Assembly: GCF_963921235.1 (NCBI RefSeq)
Contig: NC_086097.1
Coordinates: 21,640,001 to 21,704,000 of the forward strand
Source of the DNA: Mobula hypostoma
Taxonomy: Eukaryota
DNA length: 64,000 nucleotides
Direction: 5' to 3'
A program made the position numbers and the translations under genes. Below the pieces are notes generated by a model. It worked only from the letters and a program-made list of their open reading frames with translations, searched no databases and was not told the origin of the DNA. Shown here one piece after another: positions 53,805 through 64,000 of this stretch (its first letter is position 1; each line of letters starts with the position of its first letter).

Positions 53805-54945
53805 TCACAGTCATAGTCATACTTTATTGATCCTGGGGGAAATTGGATTTTTGTTACAATTGCTCCGTAAATAATAAATAGTAATAAAACCATAAATAGT
53901 TAAATAGTAATATGTAAATTATACCCGGACATAAGTCCAGGACCAGCCTATTGGCTCAGGGTGTCTGACCCTCCAAGGGAGGAGTTGTAAAGTTCGATGG
54001 CCACAGGCAGGAATGACTTCCTGTGATGCTCTGTGTTGCATCTCGGTGGAATGAGTCTCTGGCTGAATGTACTCCTGTGCCCAACCAGTACATTATGTAG
54101 TAGATGGGAGACATTGTCCAAGATGGCATGCAACTTGGACAGCATCCTCTTTTCAGACACCACCGTCAGAGAGTCCAGTTCCATCCCCACAACATCACTG
54201 GCCTTATGAATGAGTTTGTTGACTCTATTGGTGTCTGCTACCCTCAGCCTGCTGCCCCAGCACACAACAGCAAACATGATTGCACTGGCCACCACAGACT
54301 CGTAGAACATCCTCCGCGTTGTCCGGCAGATGTTAAAGGACCTCAGTCTCCTCAGGAAATAGATACGGCTCTGACCCTTCTTGTAGACAGCCTCAGTGTT
54401 CTTTGACCAGTCCAGTTTATTGTCAATTCGTATCCCCAGGTATTTGTAATCCTCCACCCGGTCCACCCTGACCCCCTGGATGGAAACAGGGGTCACCGGT
54501 ACCTTAGCTCTCCTCAGGTCTACCACCAGCTCCTTAGTCTTTTTCACATTACGCTGCAGATAATTCTGCTCACACCATGTGACAAAGTTTCCTACTGTAG
54601 CCCTGTACTCAGCCTCATCTCCCTTGCTGATGCATCCAACTATGGCAGAGTCATCAGAAAACTTCTGAAGATGACAAGACTCTGTGCAGTAGTTGAAGTC
54701 CGAGGTGTAAATGGTGAAGAGAAAGGGAGACAAGACAGTCCCCTATGGAGCCCCAGTGCTGCTGATCATTCTGTCGGACACACACTGTTGCAAGCACACG
54801 TACTGTGGTCTGCCAGTCAGGTAATCAAGAATCCATGACACCAGGGAAGCATCCACCTGCATCGCTGTCAGCTTCTCCCCCAGCAGAGCAGGGCGGATGG
54901 TGTTGAACGCACTGGAGAAGTCAAAAAACATGACCCTCACAGTGC
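53805..54945 (-). mobile_element. Young Rex1/Babar-like LINE 3' part, nested in an older LINE 3' end (53620-55440)
   Basis: FFDFSSAFNTI...GAP, then a 261-aa frame SPFLFTIYTSDF...KFSDDSAIVG...YKYLGIRIDNKLDW; (GACTAT)n tail. Confidence 0.92.
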
Positions 54946-56375
54946 TGTGCAAATATGAGAAAAAAGAAATAATAATAATAATTATTATTATTATAATAAA
55001 TAAGCAATAGATATTGAGAACATGAAATGAATAGTCCTAGAAAGTGAGTCCAGTTTAGTGGGAACATTTCAACGATGGGGCAAGTGCAGCTGAGTGAAGT
55101 TACCCCTTTGCTTCAAGAGCCTGATGGCTGCGGGGTAATAACTGTTCCTGAACCTGGTGGTGTGAGTCCTGAGGCTCCTGTACCTTGTTCCTGATAATAG
55201 CAGCGAGAAGAGAAGAGAGCATGTCTTATATGGTGGGAGTCATTGATGATGGCTGCTGCTTGCCTGCAACAGTGTTCCATGTAGATGTGCTCAATGGTGT
55301 GGAGTGTTTTACCCATGATGGACTGGGCCGTATCCACCACTTTTTGTAGGCTTTTACATACAATGGCACTGGCGTTCCATACCAGTAAATATACTCCACC
55401 ACACATCTATAGAACTTTGTCAAACCTTTAGATGACAAAATCGTCACGAACTTCTACCAAAGTAGAGTTCTTTTACTTGTCTGCCACCGTGCTCATAGGG
55501 AGCATGAAGTTCCTATGTGCACAGTGGGGGATTTCTGAGAATAGCAGACCCCCCAGGGATTTGAGTGTTTTCCAGATAACAGTAATCATATTTTAATTTG
55601 AAATTATTAATAGTTTTGTGAACACCTGGGTATTGTATGGACTTTTGTGAGTGAATAAACTTGTAGTTTTGTAACAAAATATGTCAACATCGGAAGAGGC
55701 AATGGTCTGGATGGTAGGGGCTTAGATGATGGAGAAGAGCTCGCAATTCTGTACTGTAAAGGTTTTCTTAAAAAGAAAAGACTATTTTGGTATGCTAAAG
55801 GTTTCAGTTCAAATCTCCTTTAAAATCAGTGATTGTGTTCTTAAACAGAAGATCATCTAAGGTTATTTACCTATCAAATAGATTCTATTGACACTGGTTT
55901 ATGTGGAGTTTTAAGGATTATCATTGAACCTTGACAAAAGTTTATTAATCTGCAGAGATTAATCTCATTGTTTGAATGTCTTATCATTTTATCATTACAT
56001 GTTTGTTTTCCCTGCTGAACAGTGTTGGCATCACCCACTTCTGTCGATAATGTGAATACGAGCATATAATGCCTTTGCTACTCAGTTTCTTTATTCATTT
56101 ATGGGATCAGGATGTTACTTGCCAGCCTGGTGTTTAATGTATGCCCACCTATCCTTGCAGTGAAGTCAGCTTTGTTGTCGTAAGCACCTGTATAGATGTG
56201 TACAGGTACAAAGATAAACTTGCAGCAGCATCACAGGAACATAACATCACAGAAGTAGCATTCACACAAAAAGCATTAATTAAACATAAATTGTACACAG
56301 TTTTTGCAAGAAAAAACACAATTAGAACAAAAAGTACCTAGTCCATTTTAATGCAAAGTGATCAAAGTGGCCATA

Positions 56376-56632
56376 GTGTTGCTAAGCACAAGAGAAACTT
56401 CAGATGCTGGAAATCCAGAGTAACACACACAAAATGGTGGCGAAACACTGCCTACCCTGCTAAAACTTATATTCCTTCCCCTCCCCCATCTCCCATCTTC
56501 TTGTTCTGGCTTCTTCCTCCTTCCTTACCAATCCTGATAAAGGGTCTCGGCCTGAAACGTCAGCTGTTTATTCCTCTCCATTGATGCTGCCTGACCTGCT
56601 GTGTTCCTCCAGCATTTTGATGGTGTTGCTAA
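56376..56632. mobile_element. Penelope-like fold-back insertion with 10-bp TSD
   Basis: GTGTTGCTAA at 56376-56385 and 56623-56632; forward arm has CTGATAA-AGGGTCTCGGCCT-GAAA-CGTC (G8-to-A core change). Confidence 0.8.
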
Positions 56633-56640
56633 ACTGTAGT

Positions 56641-57212
56641 GATTATGATTATGAAGACACGTAGTCCTCTTTTATTGTCATTTTGTAATGCACGCATTAA
56701 GAAATGATACATTATTTCCTCCGGTGTGATATCACAAAACACAGGACAAAACAAAGACTGAAAAAACTGACAAAACCACTTAATTATAACATATAGTTAC
56801 AAACAGTGTAACAATACCATAACTTGATGAAGAAGTCCGTGAGCACAGTAAAGTTCAAAGTTTCTCAAATGTCCCACATCTCATGCAGACGGGAGAAGGA
56901 AGAAAAACTCTCCCTGCCATGCCGACCACGGTCCGACTCTCAGTCATCCAAAAACTTCGAGCTCTGATCAGCTCTCTGACACCGAGTACTGAGCGCCATC
57001 TCTGTCCGAACGATTCGACCTCCTTCTCGGTCGCCAAGAGCAGGCAAGGCCGGGGATTTTGAGGCCTACCCTCCGAAAGATTCCCGACCACACAGTAACG
57101 ACAGCAGAGGACGGGCGTTTCAGAAATTTCTCCAGATGTTCCCCTGTGCTTTCACGTCTGTTCTCCATCAAATCAGAATTGTCCACGGCCCCTATTTAAC
57201 AGATACGACATC
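56641..57212 (-). mobile_element. Non-coding SINE-like element, copy 3 (5' truncated)
   Basis: Homologous to 17056-17678. Confidence 0.85.
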
Positions 57213-60198
57213 ATTAGGGTTTTGCTGGTTGGTTCATGAACTAAGTAGCTGAAGGGGGAGTAGATGGTGGTATGGAACTTAAGGCTTCTGTACTTCCTGA
57301 TCAGTGGTAGCGGCCAGAAGATGGCATGGCCTGGATGGTGGGGGTCTTTGATGATGGATGTTGACTCCTTGAGGCAGCTGGAGTTTACTGGAGTTACCAC
57401 CAATTATGGGGCGAGATGTGCCTGGAATGTATTGAGCAAAGTCCACTGCTCTCTGCAGCTTCTAATGTTCATGCACATTTCAATTCTTGTACTAGCCCAT
57501 GATTCAACTGTCACTTTCAGTAGTACATCTGTAGAAGTTAGTAGGACAGTTAGATAACGAGATGGCAAGGGAAATTGTTGGCCAAGATATGGACAGGGAT
57601 GTTGTACCAGAAATGTGTAAAGCGTTGGTTAGGTCATAGCTGGAATACAATGTACACTTCTTGTCAGTTCTCTAAAGTAGGCTGGAATATTATCAGGGTG
57701 AGCGTGGAGGGCTGAAAATGATAGTTATGAGGTATTATAGTAATGTGGTAGCTCGGTCTGGGTTGATGTTCTGACAAAGAAATTGACAGAAGATATCGCT
57801 TAGCAGCAAGGTCAATAATTAGAAGCAAAGATTTAAACTAATTGGTCGAAGGTTTAGCAGGGAGTTGAGACAAATAAAAAAGGTTTTTTGGTTCAGTGAA
57901 TGGTGAAAATCGTACAACACACTGCCTGGAAAGTTGTTGCAGGCGAAAGTCATGAACACATTTAAAATGGTGTACATAAATAGAGCCTAATGTGCGACGG
58001 ACCAGGCTGAGAGCTGGAGCATTGGATGACTCAAAGTCCATTTTTGTCTGTTGTGTACATGATGGAATGGCTTTGTCCTCTGCTATAAGTTTCCATGGTT
58101 CTGTCACTAATTACCCCATAGTTGAGTTGCTTGCCTGCCCATTCCTGAAGTCCATAAAGCATAGGAGCAGAAATAGGTCATTTGGCCCATTGAGTCTGCT
58201 CTGCTATTCCATCATGTCTGATTTATTAACCCGCTCAACCCTATTCTCCTACCACCTCCCCATAACCTTTGTTGGCCTTATTAATCAAGAACCAATCAAC
58301 CTGCACTTTAAATATATCCAATAATTTGGCCTCCACAGCCAACTGGCTGGCGATGAATTCCACAGACTTACCACCCTCTGGCTAAAGAAATTCTTCTCCA
58401 ACTTGGTTCTAAAGGGGCACCCTTCTATCCTGACTCTGTGGCAGTAAAGAGCAAATTACATTGGTGTCACTTAACGTATATACTGCCGCAGGTAGAGGAA
58501 GGCTGATTTTCTTCCTAAGAAGACGTTGGTGAACTGAATGGGTTTTAACCAGAAATAATGCAATATGGTAGTCGTCCTTAACACCTATTAATTCTCTTCA
58601 GCCCTGAAGTCTCCAAGTCTCACAGAAAATTCCAACTCAGAACTTTTCAAAAGTTTATTGAGTCTAAGTAATGCTGTTCATAATGAAACTATTGCAAATA
58701 ATGTAACATATTGCTAGCAGCTACAAAAGTCTAGACTGTGAACATACTTTTTTTTTTGCATAAACATATTGTGAACTCAGCCAGGCTGGTAATGTGGTGT
58801 GCCTGCTTGTAACAATGATGCTGTCTGGAATAGTTGGTCAGTAGCATGCAGACTCAATATTTATCTAGATTAAGTGTTCAGCCTTGTATACAATACCATA
58901 CCTCTGTATTGAGAAGTCATTATAAATGGTTACCAACACTGTAACTAGCTTTCTGTTCCAAATTTATTTAATTGCTTCAATTTATATATTCTCCCCGTGA
59001 CTGCCTGGTTTCCTCTGGATGCTCCGGTTTCCTGCCACGTTCCTTCCACATGAGTAGGTTAATTGGCCACATGAGTGGGTGTGATTGGGTGGTGCAGACC
59101 CATTGGGCCAGAAGGATCTGTTACCGTGGTGTATCTCTGAATCAAATAAATACAACATGGCCACAGGAGTAGTACTAAATGATTGGAGGTCGGCAAATGT
59201 GATTCTTTTGTTCAAAAAAGGGAGTGGGGACAAACCCTGAGAATTATAGAGTAGATTTGGGACATTTAAGAAACGCTTGGATAGGCACAAGAATGACAGA
59301 AACGTGGAAGGCCATGAGGATGGAAGGCTTAGAGTAGGTTAAAAGGTTGACACAACATCATGGACTGAAGGGTCGTTACTGTACTGTAATATTCTATGTT
59401 ATATAAATAATAAAATAAATTCCTTCATTACCATATGAATTATTGAACTTCTCAGTTACGATCAGCATTCAGGTTATCTGAAAGCCTGCATAGCCCCAGC
59501 CGCTGTGCTGTTGCACTTACAGTTCAATACTCAAGTGGTAAGCACTCCAGAAGGCAACGACGTGCATCCAGGATTGTAACCTGCCCTTAGTTAAGATTCT
59601 CAGCACTTTCTTCAGGCTCCTGGGTTCTCAGAGAAACAGTTAACTAAAAGACTGGAAATGTCTGATAAGACTGACAGATCCCAAGAAAGGGAAAAGACAT
59701 GTTAATGTTTCAAGTGGACACCCATCACCACAGCTCTGCTGTGCATTTCAGGCAATTCTTCTCTGTTTCACATTTCCTGTATTCTTCATTTCATCTCAAC
59801 TAGAATATTGAATCCAGCTGAGAAGAGTGGATGCTTCTGCGAGTTGTAATTCAATACAACTTTCATCAGGTAATTTATAGTGATGGGGCTGTTTTACTTT
59901 CTGTTTCAACTCTGTTCTTATGCCTTCTCCCAGTAATTTTGATGTCCTTTTGTAATCCTGTCTGAACCCTCAGATCTTCTTCTGCCAGTCTCTTAAATTT
60001 TAATAATCTCCCTCAAAAGATAATTGAAAGGTCAGCTTTTATGAATTATGCTACTAAACTGTGGAATTCAATATCTAAAACTATAGGAGATGCAAACTCA
60101 GTTGACATTTTTAAAGACCAGCTGAAAACCTATTTTTTAGATCTTGGTTTTCACTAACATCTTCTTGTCTTTTATTTTCATGTTTGCACTTGAAACAC

Positions 60199-60830
60199 TG
60201 TGGTTCCGTCAGCTGCGTAAGTCTAGGGAGGACAATCTCCGACGCCGCCAAACGTGGGAGATTGAAGCACAAGCCCACCAAATCCCCCTGTATGTGTGTG
60301 GATGCTGCTTGATTTGTTACAAATAAGTACCACGAAATAACGGGCAATACACTGCATACAATTAAACAATTTAGCTTTATAATTCTTAGTTTGACTAAAG
60401 GATTAGTAAAGAAAAAGCAAAAAAAAATAAAAGGGCACATTTAATGAAACCGTCTAATGTGCACAAGTTGGAGCTCACGGTTTCCCCTTCGCCGATCCTC
60501 CTTCAGTCTCCCTGGGCTTCGTCGAATCATGCTCCCACTCCGGGTCGAGTCCTACGACCTCTTCCCTCCGGTGTCTTCTCCCTTCATCTCCCGCCGAACC
60601 AAAAAAAAAAAATCCAGCTCACACCGGTGTCAGGCACACAACATGAAAAGCACATTCCCTTCATTGGATGAGAGGCCCCATGTGCCACCTAGGCACTAAG
60701 GGTTCAGACAAGGACGACTTCATTGGGGGGCTCACATTCCAAAGTCCTCGTTATCTTTAACCATAACCCAAACACTGCTTCTACACAAAGACCATTACGT
60801 TAGCAGTGAAACCTTTCCCAGGGTGTGACA
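60199..60830 (-). mobile_element. Solo LTR-like element
   Basis: TG...CA termini (TGTGGTTCC ... GGGTGTGACA), CpG-richer than its flanks, homologue at 41440-42026; TSD imperfect. Confidence 0.6.
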
Positions 60831-62184
60831 CACTTTATCCCATTGTAAAACACATTGAACTACATTGTGTGAAAAGTGCACAATAGCAGCAATAATAATG
60901 ATCATTATTATATTTTTTTTCTCTCAGCTCAAGCTGGTAAAACCTGAGGTACGGGCATAGCCAAGCACAGTCATTTGTCAATTGCTCAGAATTTTCGGAC
61001 TATTCTAGTGATGTTTAGTATTGTGGCTTTCTGAAGAGTTATGAAGATGTTGCTGTGTAGCCTAATTGTTTAATGCTATTGCGTCGTGCCTTTGGGATGA
61101 TACCAGTTGTAGATGTTACTATTAGGACAATATATATCTTGTTCAGGTTCCAAAGATTGTCCTATCTGTAATAACTGATCAGTCATAATATAATATGTGG
61201 TATTCTGATTTTAAAACTGAATCAGGCTTCTATTTATAATACAATTATTTTTTTTCTCAGCTCACCCTGGTAAAATATTATTATTATCCTTACTAATCAA
61301 GAACTTAATCGACTTCTGCTTTAAGTATACTTAATGACTTGGACTCCACAACTATCTGTGCCAATGAATTCCACAGAGTCACCACTCTCCTGTCTGATGC
61401 CATTCCTTCTCATCCCTGTTCTACAAGAATGTGGTTCTATTCTGAGGCTGTAGCTTTGGTCTTAGACTCTCCCACTGTTGGTAATTATTCTCTCCACGTC
61501 CACTTTATTTAGGCCTTTCAGTATTTGTAGGTTTCAATAAAATCCCCCCTCAAGGGTCATGTAACATTGTTGGCAGTGCAATCGCATTGGAGTTAGACCA
61601 TATGATACAGGAGCAGAATTAGTTGATTTAGCCCATTGAGTCTGCAATCACCAACAACCACCGATTAGGTTCGGTTCCTGTCACTGTCTATAAGAAGTTT
61701 GTACTTTCTCCCTGTGACTGCATGAGTTTCCTCTGGGTGCTACAGTTTCCTCTGACACTTCAAAGACGTACGGTTAAGGTTTGAAAGTTGTGGGCATGCT
61801 GTTTTGGAACTGGAAGCGTGACAACGCTTGTGAGCTCTCCCCACCACAATCCTCGCTGATTTCAATGTATTTCACTGTATGTTTAGCTGTTTCGATGTAC
61901 AGGTGACAAATAAAGATAATCATTAAACTTAATTTCTAAGTTTAAATAGAAAGAAAGCCAATTAAATAGTTTTGACCTTGTTATTTGGGCTATTTCAACA
62001 GGTAGATAAGGGTCAACCAGGTTGCTGATGGTTTGGTCACATAGGGCATTTTTCTCTGGAATAAAGGAGGATGAGACCATTGAGGAAGGTTCATAGAGGC
62101 ATACAAGATGATAAGAGGCATAGATCGAATGGGTGACTAGAGATTTTTCCCAAGGCAAAAATAGCTAATACAAAAATGGTTAAT

Positions 62185-63365
62185 GACTTTCAGAAGACCT
62201 TTGACAAGGTGCCACACATGAGGCTGCTTACCAAGTTAAGAGCCCATGGTATTACAGAAAAGTTACTAATGTGGTTAGAGCATTGGCTGGTTGGTAGGAG
62301 GCAGTGAGTGGGAATAAAAGGATCCTTTTCTGGTTGGCTGCCAGTGACTACTGGTGTTCTGCAGGGGTCGGTGTTGGGACCACTTCTTTTTATGCTGTAT
62401 ATAAATGTTTTAGATGATGGAATAGATGGTTTTGTTGCCAAGTTTACAGATGATACAAAGATTGGCAGAGGGGCAGGTAGTGTTGAGGAAACAGGTAGGA
62501 TGCAGAACGACTTAGACAGATTAGAAGAATGAGAAAGAAAGTGACAAATTAAATACAATGTTGGAAATTGCATGGTTATGCACTTTGGTAGTAGAAATAA
62601 ATGTGTGGACTATTTTCTAAACGGGGAGAAAATCCACAAATCTGAGATGCAAAGGGACTTGAGAGTCCTTGTGCAGAACATCCTGAAGGTTAACTTGTAG
62701 GTTGAGTCGATGGTGAGGAAGGCAAATGCCAGGTTAGCATTCATTTCAAGAGGTCTGGAATACAAGAGGAAGGATGTGATGCTGAGGCTTTATAAGGCAC
62801 TGGTGAGGCCCTACCTTGAGTATTGTGAACAGGTTTGGGCTCCTCATCTCAGAAAAGATGTCCTGGCATTGAAGCAGGTCCAGAGGAGGTTCACAAGGAT
62901 GATTCCAGGAATAAAAGGGTTATCATACGAGGAACATTTGATGGCTCTGGGTCTGTATTCGCTGGAATTCAGATGGATGAGCGGGAGGGATCTCATTGAA
63001 ACCTTTCGAATGTTGAAAGGCCTAGACAGAGTAGATGTGGAAAGGATGTTTCCCATGGTGGGAGAGTCTAGGACAAGAGAATACAGCCTCAGGACAGAGG
63101 TGCACCCCTTCAAAACAGAGATGCGGAGAATTTCTTTAGCCAAAAGGTGGTGAATTTATTGCCACATGCTGCTGTGGAGGCCAAGTCATTGGGTGTATTT
63201 AAGGCAGAGATTGATAGGTTCTTGACTGGACATGGCATCAAAGTTTACAGGAAGAAGGCCAGGAACTGGGGTTGAGGAGGAGAAAAAAAAGGGATCAACC
63301 ATGATTGAATGACGGAGCAGACTCGATGGGCCAGATGGCCTAATTCTCCTATGTCTTATGGTCTA
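62185..63365 (+). mobile_element. CR1 RT and 3' end nested in another CR1 fragment (62050-63600)
   Basis: GVLQGSVLGPLLFMLYIN...KFTDDTKIG; LVRPYLEYCEQVWAP; tcttatggtct tail. Confidence 0.92.
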
Positions 63366-63739
63366 AAAGGGGCATAGTTGGAGGGAAGTATAGGGGGGTG
63401 TCACAGGTTTTTTTACACAGAAAGTAGTGGGTGGAAGGAATAGGTGATGGTAAAGGCAGGTACTGTACATTCGGGACATTTAAGAAACTCTTAGATAGGC
63501 ACAAGGAGGGCTATATGGATGGGATTTATCATAGAGCAGGTTAAAAGGTTGGAACAACACCATAGGCTGAAGGGCCTGTTTTATGTTTTGTGTTCACATA
63601 TAATGGCTGGTTCTCTTTCCTGAAAGACCCCTGGTAGAGTAAACTAAGAAATATAATCTCAACGCATGTGTTCCACACCCCCAGGGCTCCCCAAAGCAAA
63701 TTATAACTAGTTCAGTGCATCACCACTCTCCTGTATGTG

Positions 63740-64000
63740 CTGGCATTGGAGAGGATCCAGGATAATAATCCGAGAAATGATAGGGTTTACAATTGAGGAG
63801 CATTTGAAGGCTCTAGCCTCGACTAGCTGAATTTTAGAAGAATGAAGGGGGAACCTCATTGAAACCTATCAAGTATTGAAAGGACTTAGAAAGGATATTG
63901 AGAGGTCACTATCGCGGGAGAATCTTGGATCAGAGGGCACCGCCTCAGAATAGAAAGATGTCACTTTTGTACAGAGATGAGGAGGAATTTTTTTAGCCAG
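63740..64000 (+). mobile_element. CR1 3' fragment running off the window
   Basis: ggcattggagagg...gaattttagaagaatgaagggg...gagatgaggaggaattt. Confidence 0.75.

Noticed and set aside
53948..54733. 261-aa ORF as a cellular gene
   Set aside because: C-terminal part of a Rex1-like LINE ORF2, with a stop upstream and a second fragment at 35.8 kb.
1..64000. Prokaryotic-type systems (CRISPR array, operons, retrons)
   Set aside because: Spliced vertebrate locus; no repeat-spacer array, and all RT fragments belong to eukaryotic LINEs.

Overview
Repeat-dense vertebrate genomic DNA. The repeat inventory (CR1 LINEs, HE1/V-SINE-type and Deu-type SINEs) points to a cartilaginous fish, probably a ray or skate (inference). 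The only host coding sequence I recognise is two phase-0 exons of ADCK1 on the + strand (40573-40731, 159 nt; 42789-42905, 117 nt), so the window is probably two large ADCK1 introns plus a 2-kb intron. The rest is nested, decayed transposons (CR1, Rex1/L2-like LINEs, SINEs, LTR-like and Tc1 remnants), a 1.3-kb complex (CA)n array and a few enhancer-like unique islands. Most interesting signal: about ten copies of a Penelope-like element 3' end carrying a minimal type-I hammerhead ribozyme motif (consensus CAGUC-CUGAnGA-A-GGGU-CUCG-GCCC-GAAA-CGUC^GACUG). Its loopless palindromic stem III could only fold as a dimer. Several copies are fold-back (inverted) or tandem units with 10-14 bp target-site duplications. 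A separate RTE-type SINE shows an HDV-like pseudoknot signature at its 5' end. Repeat family names come from recalled consensus similarity, not a search, and repeat boundaries are approximate.
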